Made by a program: the position numbers and the translations under genes. A stretch of 64,000 nt of DNA from an uncultured delta proteobacterium (GTDB taxonomy: Bacteria; Myxococcota; UBA727; VGSZ01): positions 96,001 through 160,000 of the forward strand of contig CAVZJB010000016.1 in NCBI GenBank assembly GCA_963775425.1, given 5' to 3'. Position 1 is the stretch's first letter. Every line of letters begins with the position of its first letter. Shown here piece after piece: positions 19,880-31,383 of this stretch. The notes under the pieces are model-generated. The model was not told the DNA's origin, made no database searches, and saw only the letters and a program-made list of their open reading frames with translations.

Positions 19880-21361
19880 ATGCGGCTCACCCTCAAGCTG
19901 TTGCTCGCCGCCCTCGTCGGCATCACCGTCGTCCAGGCCCTGAACGGATACCTCCGCGTCGACCGCGAGCTGCGGCTGTTCGAGACCGATCTCGCCGGCG
20001 ACCTCCGCGGCCTCGGCCGCGCGGTCGCCATCGGCATGGAGCGCGCCTGGGACCGCGGCGGCGAAGAAGAGGCGCGCATCGTCCTCGACGAGATGCGCTC
20101 GGCCATCCCGCACTTCGACCTGCGCTGGGTGCCGCACGCCAACCTCGACCGCGCGCTCGCGGCGATGCCGAACGGCATGGAGCTGCACAAGCAGCTCGCC
20201 GCCGGGGAGCCGGTCACCTACGGCGCCGAGCCCAACTCGGTGCGGGAGACGCGCGACCGCATCGTGGTGGTGGCGGTGCCGGTGAGGCCCGACGGCGACC
20301 TCGAGGGCGTCGTGGAGATCGCGGGCTCGCTCAAGGACCAGCAGGACTACGTCGACCGCTCCATCATCACGACGCTCGCGGCGGCGGCCGGGACGCTCGC
20401 GGCCACCGCGCTCATCCTCTTCATCGTCGGCGCCTGGTTCGTGCGGCGGCCCACCAGCCAGCTCATCTCCGGGGCGTCGCGCATCGGCCGCGGCGACCTC
20501 GACACGGTCATCTCGCTGCCACAGCGCGACGAGCTCGGCAGGCTGGCGGCGGCCCTCGATCAGATGCGTGGGAACCTGGCGGCGGCGAGGGCGCGCGTCG
20601 AGTCCGAGGTGGCGGCGCGCACCGAAGCGCAGGTGCGCGCGGAGATCGAGCGCGAGCGGCGGAAGGAAGCCGTGGACCAGCTCCGCCACGCCGACCGCCT
20701 CGCGGTGGTGGGGCGGCTGGCGTCGAGCCTCGTGCACGAGCTGGGGGCGCCGCTGCAGGTCATCGCGGGACGCGCGCGCATGATCGAGCGCGACTCCGCG
20801 GCGCCGGCGCAGGTGATGGAGAACGCGCGCATCGCGCGAGAGCAGAGCGAGCGCATCACGCAGATCGTGCGCCGCCTCCTCGACTTCTCGCGCAAGGGCG
20901 GAAAGCCCGGCGATCGCGCCGTGGTGACCGAGGTGGTGCAGCGCACCACGCAATTGCTCGAGCCCATCGCGGAGCACGCCAAGGTGAACCTCGTCGTCGA
21001 TGCGCAGGCGTCCGACCGCGCTCCCGTGGTGCGTGGCGACGCCGCGCAGCTTCAGCAGGTCCTCGTGAACCTGGCGATCAACGCGGTCCACGCGATGCCC
21101 GACGGCGGGACGCTCACGGTGCGGAGCACCAGCGACGGCGAGCGGGCCCGCATCGACGTCGAGGACACGGGCGTCGGCATGAGCGACGAGACCAAGCGCC
21201 GGCTCTTCGTGCCGTTCTTCACCACCAAGCCACCGGGGCAGGGCACCGGCCTCGGCCTGTGCGTCGCCGACGAGATCGTGAAGAGCTGCGGCGGCACGCT
21301 CCGCGTGGAGAGCGAGGTCGGCAAGGGCTCCCGCTTCACGGTCGAGCTCCCCCTCGCCTGA
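19880..21361 (+). CDS. HAMP-domain sensor histidine kinase
   Basis: Two TMs, HAMP (RDELGRLA), H-box VHELGAPL, NLAINA, DTGVG, GTGLGL. Confidence 0.92.
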   Translation: MRLTLKLLLAALVGITVVQALNGYLRVDRELRLFETDLAGDLRGLGRAVAIGMERAWDRGGEEEARIVLDEMRSAIPHFDLRWVPHANLDRALAAMPNGMELHKQLAAGEPVTYGAEPNSVRETRDRIVVVAVPVRPDGDLEGVVEIAGSLKDQQDYVDRSIITTLAAAAGTLAATALILFIVGAWFVRRPTSQLISGASRIGRGDLDTVISLPQRDELGRLAAALDQMRGNLAAARARVESEVAARTEAQVRAEIERERRKEAVDQLRHADRLAVVGRLASSLVHELGAPLQVIAGRARMIERDSAAPAQVMENARIAREQSERITQIVRRLLDFSRKGGKPGDRAVVTEVVQRTTQLLEPIAEHAKVNLVVDAQASDRAPVVRGDAAQLQQVLVNLAINAVHAMPDGGTLTVRSTSDGERARIDVEDTGVGMSDETKRRLFVPFFTTKPPGQGTGLGLCVADEIVKSCGGTLRVESEVGKGSRFTVELPLA

Positions 21362-21406
21362 GAGCCTGCGCGCCCCACGAGCCATGGGGCCACGCCGCGG
21401 GGTAGT

Positions 21407-23440
21407 GTGCCGCTCGTGAGCGCGCGGGAACGGATGGTCGCGGGCGTCGGTGTGCTCGGCTTCGTCGTCGTCGCGGCGCTCGTGGCCGGGCGGCTCGCGC
21501 TGCCGGCGTCGTTCCTCATGGCGGTCCCCGCGCTGTTCACGCTCGCGGCCGCGACGGGCTTCGGGATGCTCGCGCTGCGCCTGTGCGGCGCGTGGCGGGT
21601 GCTCGACGCCGAACGCTGGGCGTGGGCCGCCGTCGTCGGGCTCGGCGTCGAAGGCATGTGCCTGTGGCTGCTCGCGCACGCGCACGCGTTCACGCGCCCG
21701 GCCGCCGCCGTCGTCGTCGCGGCCGGCCTCGTCGCGCTCGCGAGCCACGGCCGCTCCCTCGTCGCGGACCTCGCCGGCGTTGACGGCGCGGGCCGCAGCT
21801 CGACGTGGGGTGCGCTCTGGCTCGCCGCGCTCGCCCCGTTCGGCGCGCTCGTGGTGCTCCGCGCAGCGGCGCCGCCGTCGTTCTTCGACGCGCTCGTGTA
21901 CCACCTCGGACTCCCCATGCAGTTCGCCGCCCGCGGCGCCGCCGTCGTCGACGTGCACGACATGTTCACGGCCATGCCGCTCCTCGGCGAGATGGCCGCG
22001 AGCCCCGCGCTCCTCCTCGGCGGCCCCGAGGGCCTCGGCTTCGTCTACGCGCTCGAATGGATCCTCCTCGCCGCCGCCGTCTTTACGCTCGCGCGCCGGG
22101 TGTTCCCCGCGCTCCCCGCCGCCGGCGGCGCCTGCGCCTTCGCCACGGCGTCGATGCCGCTCGCCGTGTTCCTGCCGAGCGGCACCAAGCCCGACCTGTT
22201 CGCCGCCCTCCTCGCCGTCGTCGTGCTGCGCGCGCTCGCGGCCCTCGCCACCCCGCGCGTCGTCGACGTCGAGGGCGGCGTGCGCGTGCCGCTCTTGCGC
22301 CTGGGCGCCCTCTGCCTCGGCTTCGGCTGCGCCACCAAGACGCCGTTCGTCCTGTGGACCGCCGTTGCCGTCGCCGTCGCCGTCGCCGTCGTGCTCGTCG
22401 ATCGGCGGGCGGCGGCGCGCCGCGGCGTCGCAGGCGCGCTCGCGGGTCGCGACGGCTGGCGGACGCTCGCCGTCTGCCTCGTCCTCATCGTCGTCGCCGG
22501 CGCGCTCCCCTACGCGCGCAACTTCGTCGCCTTCGGCGACCCGCTCTTCCCCTTTGCCGGCGGCCCCGCCTGGGCGGTGCACACCCGCGCGCTGCTCGAC
22601 GCCGACGCCCACCGGCCCCACGGCGTCCTCGACGTCCTCTCGCTGCCGTGGACGCTCATGGCGTCCACCGACCCCACCGCCGACGAGGTGCTCGGCGCCG
22701 TGCCGTTCCTCGGCGTCGCCGTCCTCCTCGTCCTGCGCCCGGCCGGCACCGGCCGCGTCTTCGCCGTCTGGGGTCTCGCCGTCGCCCTCACGCTGCCGCT
22801 CTGGCTCGCGACCCACGCGCTGCCCCGCTACGACCCGTTGCTCTGGGTCGTCCTCGGGGTCGCCGGGGGCGCCGGCCTCGCCGCCGTCCGCGCGCGCGCT
22901 GCGCGCGCCGCCGTCGCCGCCGCCGTCCTGCTCGCCGGCGTCGTCGACTTTTCGTGGAGCTTCGCCGCCGACAACGTGCTGTTGCGCGACCCGAACGCCT
23001 TGCTCACCCAGCGCGTCGACCGTCGCGCGTTCCTCCGCGGCGCCCTGGAGCCGTTTTCGGCGTACACATGGCTGAACGAGCATCACGCGGGCTGCGTCTT
23101 TCTGGCCGGCGGCGACGCGCGCGTCGCGTACCTCGAGGTGCCCGCGGTGCTCTCCGAGGTCTACGCGCGCCCCTTCGCCGCGCAGATCGTGGCCGAGGCC
23201 GCGAGCGTCGACGACGTCGTCGCCCGCATCCGGGAGACCGGGGCCACCCACGTCCTCCTCGGCAACGGCGCGCAGCGCGCGTGGCAGCGGCGGGGCTGGG
23301 GGCGCTTCGACGCCGCGGCCCAGGCGCGCTTCGACGCGTTGCCTTCGGCCCTAGGGGCGCCGGTGTATGAAGACCGCTTCGAGAAGGTGTTCGCGGTGCC
23401 CGGGCCCGTGCCGGGGCCGTGCACGTCGGGAGGACGATGA
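21407..23440 (+). CDS. Polytopic membrane glycosyltransferase (GT-C/ArnT-like)
   Basis: Many TMs; DALVYHL, KPDL, RNFVAFGDPLFPF motifs. Confidence 0.65.
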   Translation: MPLVSARERMVAGVGVLGFVVVAALVAGRLALPASFLMAVPALFTLAAATGFGMLALRLCGAWRVLDAERWAWAAVVGLGVEGMCLWLLAHAHAFTRPAAAVVVAAGLVALASHGRSLVADLAGVDGAGRSSTWGALWLAALAPFGALVVLRAAAPPSFFDALVYHLGLPMQFAARGAAVVDVHDMFTAMPLLGEMAASPALLLGGPEGLGFVYALEWILLAAAVFTLARRVFPALPAAGGACAFATASMPLAVFLPSGTKPDLFAALLAVVVLRALAALATPRVVDVEGGVRVPLLRLGALCLGFGCATKTPFVLWTAVAVAVAVAVVLVDRRAAARRGVAGALAGRDGWRTLAVCLVLIVVAGALPYARNFVAFGDPLFPFAGGPAWAVHTRALLDADAHRPHGVLDVLSLPWTLMASTDPTADEVLGAVPFLGVAVLLVLRPAGTGRVFAVWGLAVALTLPLWLATHALPRYDPLLWVVLGVAGGAGLAAVRARAARAAVAAAVLLAGVVDFSWSFAADNVLLRDPNALLTQRVDRRAFLRGALEPFSAYTWLNEHHAGCVFLAGGDARVAYLEVPAVLSEVYARPFAAQIVAEAASVDDVVARIRETGATHVLLGNGAQRAWQRRGWGRFDAAAQARFDALPSALGAPVYEDRFEKVFAVPGPVPGPCTSGGR

Positions 23441-24009
23441 CGCCCGTCGACCGCGCGCTGCAGGAGTGGCGCATGCTCAAGGTCCGTCGCCACGTGCCCT
23501 GGGGCGCGCGCGTGCTCGACATCGGCGCGCACCAGGGTGAGCTGTTCTCGCGCCTGGGGCCGCGCGTGTCCGCCGGCGTCGGCGTGGATCCCGTGGCGGT
23601 GGAGCGCCGGGACGCGCGCGTGGTCCTCTACCGCGGCCTCTTCCCCGACGAGCGCGTGCTCAGACACGGCCCGTTCGACGTCGTCACCATGCTCGCCGTG
23701 TTCGAGCACGTCGAGGACCCCGTGGCGTTCGCCCGCGCGGTCTCGGCGGTCTTGCGCCCGGGCGGCCGCTTCGTGCTCACGGTCCCCGACGCACGCGTCG
23801 ACGCCATCCTCGACGTCCTGGTCAAGCTGCGCCTCGCCGACGGGATGGCCCTCGAGGAGCACCACGGCTTCGACGCCACCGACACGCCTCGCATCCTGCG
23901 CGACGCGGGCTTCGACGTGCTCGCCCACGAGCGCTTTCAGCTCGGGCTGAACAACGTCTGGGTGGCCGTCAAGCCTCCTGCCACGACATCGTCAGCTCGT
24001 CGTGGATGA
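23437..24009 (+). CDS. Class I SAM-dependent methyltransferase
   Basis: VLDIGAHQG, FDVVTMLAVFEH, LRPGGRFVLTVP. Confidence 0.85.
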   Translation: MTPVDRALQEWRMLKVRRHVPWGARVLDIGAHQGELFSRLGPRVSAGVGVDPVAVERRDARVVLYRGLFPDERVLRHGPFDVVTMLAVFEHVEDPVAFARAVSAVLRPGGRFVLTVPDARVDAILDVLVKLRLADGMALEEHHGFDATDTPRILRDAGFDVLAHERFQLGLNNVWVAVKPPATTSSARRG

Positions 24010-24619
24010 TGTCGAGCGCGCGGCGCGCCTTGTCCAGGAAGTCCTCGGTGGGCTCGACGACGTGGACGCGCGGGTGCGCCGACCAGATCTCGAGGATGTG
24101 CTGGTCGATGGCGTGGGCGCGGTCCGCGTCCTCGGTGCGGACGATGTTTTGGTGGTTGTAGTAGGCGCCTGAAGGCGTGCGCAGGTGGATGACGGCGCCG
24201 TAGCGCAGGAGCTCCCGCTCGAGGGTGGTCTCCTGCTCGACGAAGAACGACCCCGACGTGCCCGGCCAGTAGGCGACGCCGTCGAGGGTGCCGCGATCGC
24301 ACAGACCGACGCTGACGCCGCCGAGCGCCGCGGTGGCGCGCTCGAGGGCGACCTCGACGTGGTAGATGGCCGACTGCGCCGCCTTCTTCACCTCGACCTT
24401 GTCGCTGCGCGGAAAGCCCGTCCCGAACAGCATGGTGGCCGCCTCGGGGAGCACGCGCACGTGCTCGCAGAAGCGCCGCTTGGCGAGCTCGAGGATGGCG
24501 GTCTTGCCCGCGCCCGGGCCGCCGGTGACGACGACGAAGCGGGTCTTGTCGATGGGCCCGAAGCAACGGCAGCGGTCGATGCCGACGCCGGCGGAGGTGG
24601 CTTGGAGGTCGAGGGGCAT
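23969..24619 (-). CDS. AAA_28/NadR-like P-loop ATPase
   Basis: VVVTGGPGAGKT, LPEAA, LCDRGTLD. Confidence 0.8.
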   Translation of the reverse strand: MPLDLQATSAGVGIDRCRCFGPIDKTRFVVVTGGPGAGKTAILELAKRRFCEHVRVLPEAATMLFGTGFPRSDKVEVKKAAQSAIYHVEVALERATAALGGVSVGLCDRGTLDGVAYWPGTSGSFFVEQETTLERELLRYGAVIHLRTPSGAYYNHQNIVRTEDADRAHAIDQHILEIWSAHPRVHVVEPTEDFLDKARRALDIIHDELTMSWQEA

Positions 24620-24676
24620 GCCCGGTGTCTACGCCACGCCGCGCGCGGCGGCTACCAGCGCAGGCGCCGCCGCGCG

Positions 24677-25522
24677 TCAGGCGTGGGCGCGGGCGCGGAC
24701 GCCGCCGGCGATCTCGATGACCTCCTGGGTGCTGGCCTCGCGGCGCGCGGAGACCAGGTGGCGGCGGACCTCGCCGGTGCGCTCGTCGAGCCAGTCGCCG
24801 GCGGCCTGCGTGGCGACGATGCGGGCGCCGTGCTCGCAGGCGAGCGCGTCGAGGAGCAGATCGAACAGCTCGACGTAGAGGAGCTCGCGCGTGACCGCGG
24901 CGGCGAGGTGGTCGGCGGCGACGTAGCGCGGCGTCCCGGGCGCGCCGCCCGCGGAGGGCGCTTCGTCGATGGCGGCGGGCCGCTCGAGGGGCAACAGGCG
25001 CGTCACCGTCGGCGCGTCCACCCCGACGCCGCGAAAGCGGCTGGAGACCACGTGCAGCGCGCTCATGCCGTCGGCCTCGTACGCCGACAGCGCGTGCTCG
25101 GCGAGGCTGAGGAGGACGTCGGTGATGCCGGCGGCGCTCGCGGGGCCCGGGTAGATCGCGTCGACCGTCACGTCCCGTCGCGCGAGCAACGTCGCGGCGC
25201 GCCGTCCGACGCACAGCGTGCGGCCCGGCCCGCGCGCCGCGCGCTCCTGCGCCGCCGCCGCCACGACGTGCGCGTTGTAGCCCCCGCACAGACCGAGCTC
25301 GGCGCCGATGACGACGAGGCCGACCGGGCCCGCCGACGGTGGCGTCCGGCGCAGCGCGAACGGCCGCAGCCGCTCGACGCCCTCGCGGTAGCTGCGGCAC
25401 GGCTCGACCTCGGCCCGCACCGCGCGGAAGTGGTGCGCGGACAGGCTCTTCATGGCGCTCACGGCCGCCGACAGGCCCTCCAAAGACCTGAGCCGCCGTG
25501 TGAGCTCTTCGCGTCGCTTCAT
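24677..25522 (-). CDS. atpG: N-ATPase gamma subunit
   Basis: SAMKSLS, ELGLCGGYN, EHGARIVATQAA, TQEVIEIAGG. Confidence 0.9.
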   Translation of the reverse strand: MKRREELTRRLRSLEGLSAAVSAMKSLSAHHFRAVRAEVEPCRSYREGVERLRPFALRRTPPSAGPVGLVVIGAELGLCGGYNAHVVAAAAQERAARGPGRTLCVGRRAATLLARRDVTVDAIYPGPASAAGITDVLLSLAEHALSAYEADGMSALHVVSSRFRGVGVDAPTVTRLLPLERPAAIDEAPSAGGAPGTPRYVAADHLAAAVTRELLYVELFDLLLDALACEHGARIVATQAAGDWLDERTGEVRRHLVSARREASTQEVIEIAGGVRARAHA

Positions 25523-27027
25523 GCGGGCGCCTTGGCCGGCGGGACCGGCGCGCCGGCGGGTGCGGCGGGGAGGTGGTCGGCGAGCACCTGCTCGAGCGCC
25601 GCCCGCCAGTCGCCGTCGGGCACGCGCCCGTCGTCGAGGGTGGCGAACAGCTCCGGGAGCCGCGCGCGCGCAGCGGTGACCGCCGCGGCGACCACGTCGG
25701 CGACGGCGGGGAGCGCGAGGTGGTCGAGCTTGCCCGAGGCGGCGCCGACGAGCATGAACACCTCGCCCGCCTGGTCGCGCGCCGCGAAGCGCGGCTGGCG
25801 CAAGAGCTCACGCACGACGCGCCCGCGCGCGACCGCCTGCTGCGTCGCCGGATCGACGTCGAGGCCCACGCGCGTGAGCGCCTCGAGCGATTCGAAGCGC
25901 GCCATCTGGATGCGCAGGTTCTTGGCGGCCACCCGCATCAACGGCGACTGCGCGGCGCCGCCCACGCGCGACACGCTCTTCCCCACGTCGACCGGCGGGC
26001 GCTGGTTTCTCTCGAAGCGCGTGGCGTCGAGGTAGAGCTGGCCGTCGGTGATGGAGATGAGGTTGGTGGGGATGTACGAGGAGATGTCGCCGTCGGTGGT
26101 CTCGACGATCGGGAACGCCGTCACCGAGCCGCCGCCGGCGGCGGGGGACAGCGCGGTGGCCCGCTCGAGCAGCTCGGCGTGGATGTAGAAGATGTCGCCG
26201 GGGAACGCCTCGCGGCCCGGGGGGCGCCCGAGCAGCAGGGCGAGCTCGCGGTACGCGTCGGCGTGCTTGGTGAGGTCGTCGTAGACGACGAGGGCGTCCT
26301 TGCCCTGCGCGCGAAACGCCTCGGCCACGGTGGCGCCGGCGTAGGGCGCGAGCACCTGCAGGCCCGCGGAGTCGGCGGAGTCCGCGGCGACGACGACGGT
26401 GTTCGCGAGGGCGCCCTGGGCGTCGAGCGCGGCGCGGATGCTGAGCACGCGGGTGATGGGCTGGCCGATGACGACGTAGACGCACGCGACGTCGCCGGCT
26501 CGCTGCGCGGCGACGATGTCGAGCGCGAGCGCGGTCTTGCCGACGTTCCGGTCGCCGACCAGGAGCTGGCGTTGGCCGCGGCCGATGGGGACGGCGGCGT
26601 CGACGACGAGGACGCCGGTGTGCAACGGGCGCTCCACCGGCGCGCGCGTCACCAGCCGCGGCGCGTCTTTGTAGACGGGCTCGAGCGGGCCGTTCGGGAA
26701 GGGGCCGTCGTCCAACGGGCGGCCGAGGGGATCGATCACGCGCCCGAGGAGCTCCGTCCCCACGGGCAGAGACGGCGCGGCGCCGGCGGCGGAGGCGCCC
26801 TCTCCCTCGCGCACGCTCTCGGCTTCGCGGAGGAGGACGACGCCGGTGAGCTCGGGGGCGAGGTCGTACGCCATGCCGATGGCGCCGCCGTCGAAGTGGA
26901 CGAGCTCCTCGAAGCCGACCTCGCCGAGGCCGGCGACACGCGCGACGCCGTCGCCGACGTCGACGACGACGCCGCGCGGCCGGAGCGCGCCGCGCAGGTC
27001 GAGCCGGAGATCGCGCAGGGCGCTCAC
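25519..27027 (-). CDS. atpA: N-ATPase alpha subunit
   Basis: VGDGVARV, PIGRGQRQLLVGDRNVGKT, RPPGREAFPGDIFY, IPTNLISITDGQ. Confidence 0.95.
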   Translation of the reverse strand: MSALRDLRLDLRGALRPRGVVVDVGDGVARVAGLGEVGFEELVHFDGGAIGMAYDLAPELTGVVLLREAESVREGEGASAAGAAPSLPVGTELLGRVIDPLGRPLDDGPFPNGPLEPVYKDAPRLVTRAPVERPLHTGVLVVDAAVPIGRGQRQLLVGDRNVGKTALALDIVAAQRAGDVACVYVVIGQPITRVLSIRAALDAQGALANTVVVAADSADSAGLQVLAPYAGATVAEAFRAQGKDALVVYDDLTKHADAYRELALLLGRPPGREAFPGDIFYIHAELLERATALSPAAGGGSVTAFPIVETTDGDISSYIPTNLISITDGQLYLDATRFERNQRPPVDVGKSVSRVGGAAQSPLMRVAAKNLRIQMARFESLEALTRVGLDVDPATQQAVARGRVVRELLRQPRFAARDQAGEVFMLVGAASGKLDHLALPAVADVVAAAVTAARARLPELFATLDDGRVPDGDWRAALEQVLADHLPAAPAGAPVPPAKAPA

Positions 27028-27824
27028 GAATTCTCCCGCACCGCCGCGCGTGCGCCGCCTGCGTCGCCCGCGCGCGGCGCCGACACCGACGACGACCCGC
27101 CCGCGGTCGCGCCGCGGGCGTGGGCGGTGACCGCGTGCGCCGCCTCGCGCGCGAACGACAGCGCGCTCGCGTCGATCTCGCCGGCGCCGGTGATGATGCG
27201 GACGCCGGCGCCGAGGTCGGCGACGACGCGCTCGTCGAACGCGCGGCCGACGGCGGCGGCGAGCACGCGCTTGCTCTCGGCGGACAGCGGGTGCGCGCTC
27301 TCGACGACGACACGGCCGTCGCCCCCGTCGGCGCCTCCTCGAGGCAGGCCGCCGAGGGCTTCGCAGGCGCTGCGCACGAGCGCGTCATCGAGGCTCGGCC
27401 CGCGGACGTCCTCGAGGAGCCGGCGGACGCCGTCGCCCGCGATGCGCCCGAGCGTCGTGGCCGCCGTCTCGGCCTGGCTGCGCTCGCGGGCCGCGAGCTC
27501 GACGTCGAAGGCGCGCCGCTCGTCCGCCTGCTTGCGCTGCGCGGCCTCCCGCAGCCGGTTCGCTTCACCGCGCGCGTCGGCGGCGGCGGCGGTGCGCACG
27601 CGATCCGCCTCGGCCGTGGCCGCGCTGAGCGCCGCTCGCGCCTGGTCGCGCAGGGCCTCGGCCTGCGTCCTCGCGGTCTCCGCCTCGGCGACCGCGGCGT
27701 CGTGGGACGCGCGCTCCTTGTCGATGGCGGCGCGCACCGGCTTGAACAGGAGCCAGCCGAGCCCCCCCGCGAGGAGGAGGAAGTTCACGGCGGCGAACAG
27801 GAGGTCGGCGATCCACGTCGGCAT
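27024..27824 (-). CDS. atpF: N-ATPase b subunit (extended b/delta-like)
   Basis: VNFLLLAGGLGWLLFKPV TM, coiled coil, C-terminal VESAHPLS...DLGAGVRI. Confidence 0.88.
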   Translation of the reverse strand: MPTWIADLLFAAVNFLLLAGGLGWLLFKPVRAAIDKERASHDAAVAEAETARTQAEALRDQARAALSAATAEADRVRTAAAADARGEANRLREAAQRKQADERRAFDVELAARERSQAETAATTLGRIAGDGVRRLLEDVRGPSLDDALVRSACEALGGLPRGGADGGDGRVVVESAHPLSAESKRVLAAAVGRAFDERVVADLGAGVRIITGAGEIDASALSFAREAAHAVTAHARGATAGGSSSVSAPRAGDAGGARAAVRENS

Positions 27825-27827
27825 CGG

Positions 27828-28088
27828 TCACGCCCTCGGGATCAGCGGGTTCGCGAACAGCAGCACCAGCGCGATGACGAGGCAGAAGATGGCGGTCGAT
27901 TCGACCATCGCCAAAGCGACGAACTGATTGCGGGTGATCGCAGCGCCCTCGTCGGGCTGGCGCGCGAGCGCGTCGAGCCCCGAGGCGCCGATGCGCGCCT
28001 CGCCGAGGGCCGCGCCGATGGCGCCGAGCGCCATGGTGATGCCCGCGGTGACGATGGAGGCGAACGCGAGCCAGGTGTGTTCCGTCAT
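27828..28088 (-). CDS. atpE: N-ATPase c subunit
   Basis: GAIGAALGEARIG, ARQP, MVESTAIF. Confidence 0.93.
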   Translation of the reverse strand: MTEHTWLAFASIVTAGITMALGAIGAALGEARIGASGLDALARQPDEGAAITRNQFVALAMVESTAIFCLVIALVLLFANPLIPRA

Positions 28089-28759
28089 GCTTCCTCTCCG
28101 ATGCGAATGGCCGCGCCGATGTAGACGCTGGCGAGGATGGTGAAGATGTAGGCCTGCAGCAGGCCAATCCCGAGGTCGAGGGCCATCAGCGGGATGGGCA
28201 GGACGAGGCCGACCAGCGCGACGATGAGGCCCACCACGAGGTGGCCGCTCATCATGTTCCCGAACAGGCGGAGCGCGAGCGCCAGCGTACGCGACAGCTC
28301 GCTGATGATGTGCAGCGGGAAGAGCAGGGGGTTCGGCCGGAAGTACTCCTTCACGTAGCCGAGCGGCCCGCGCGCGTGGATGCCGGCGACGGGGACGGCG
28401 AAGAACACCAGCGCCGCGAGCGCGCTCGTCGTCGCCAGGTTCGACGTCGGCGCCGGGACCCCCGGGAGCTGGCCGACGACGGCGCACGCGGCGATGAAGA
28501 GGAACAGGCTGCCGGCGAACACCTCGAGCGCGGGCGCCGGGCGGCCGGCGGCCTGCTCGACGAGGTCGTGCAGGAAGCGAAACGTCATGCGCCCCGCCGA
28601 GGCCGCGCGCGTCGACGGGTTTCGTGTCACCGCGCGCGACAGGACGGCGGCGACGACCAGCAACAGCACGCTGGTGGCAGCGGTGATGATCATGGTCCGC
28701 GTGAGCGGCCACGGCCCGAGCTGCAACACGACGGGGCTGGCGAAGACCTCCGGGGTCAC
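28085..28759 (-). CDS. atpB: N-ATPase a subunit
   Basis: SRTLALALRLFGNMMSG, LLQAYIFTILASVYI. Confidence 0.93.
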   Translation of the reverse strand: MTPEVFASPVVLQLGPWPLTRTMIITAATSVLLLVVAAVLSRAVTRNPSTRAASAGRMTFRFLHDLVEQAAGRPAPALEVFAGSLFLFIAACAVVGQLPGVPAPTSNLATTSALAALVFFAVPVAGIHARGPLGYVKEYFRPNPLLFPLHIISELSRTLALALRLFGNMMSGHLVVGLIVALVGLVLPIPLMALDLGIGLLQAYIFTILASVYIGAAIRIGEEA

Positions 28760-29016
28760 GTGGTCCTCCGCTCGGCGGCGACGGCGCGGCGCATGTGTCG
28801 CGCGACGGCGAAGGTCCCGGCGAAGAACGCGGCGGCCCAGCCGGCGGCGCACGCGACGACGTGGCCCAGGAGCGCCGCGGCGACGAGGAGCACCGCGACG
28901 CCGCCGAGCCGCGCGAGGGTGCCGAGGCCGACGCCGGCACGCGCGACCGCGACGACGTGAAGCGCGCCCGCGGCGACGCCCGCGAGGAGGAACGCGACGG
29001 TGGCGACGGGGATCAC
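28756..29016 (-). CDS. atpR: N-ATPase AtpR-like membrane subunit
   Basis: Three hydrophobic helices, ARLGGV; sits between atpQ and atpB as in N-ATPase operons. Confidence 0.75.
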   Translation of the reverse strand: MIPVATVAFLLAGVAAGALHVVAVARAGVGLGTLARLGGVAVLLVAAALLGHVVACAAGWAAAFFAGTFAVARHMRRAVAAERRTT

Positions 29017-29296
29017 GGTGGCCTCCGAACGACGCGGAACGCGATCCACGTGCCGAGCGCGGTTCCGAGCGTGAGCAACATCAGGGTGAAGTGGACGCCG
29101 CTGTCGAAGTGGCGGTCGACGAGGAAGCCGAGCCAGGCGCCGCCGGTGGCGAGGAGCACGATGGGCCAGCCGACGCTGCCGACGAGAGCCAGCGACTTCC
29201 AGAAGCCGCCGCTCGGGTCGCGCCGCTTGCGGCGGGCCACGTCGCGGGCCGTGCGCTCGCGGGCGTCGTCGCGCCGGGGCGGGCTGAGCACGGGCA

Positions 29297-29297
<1 letters not shown>
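29013..29297 (-). CDS. atpQ: AtpQ/AtpZ (ATPase gene 1) family protein
   Basis: LVGSVGWPIVL...GAWLGFLVDRHF...TLMLLTLG. Confidence 0.85.
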
Positions 29298-31238
<1,941 letters not shown>

Positions 31239-31383
31239 TCAATGCGCACGGGCCGGCGTCGGTGGGGGCACGCTGCGGGCGAATCTCCACACGCCGGGCG
31301 TGTGCGCCGCGCCTGCCACGGCGACCGGCGGCCTGCCCACGACGGGCACGAAAGAGGCATCACCGAGGGGGGAGGAAGACGAG

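Noticed and set aside
17975-23251. 1758-aa minus-strand ORF and many other long Arg/Ala/Gly-rich ORFs
   Set aside because: Antisense or off-frame shadows of well-supported genes in very high-GC DNA; no recognisable motifs
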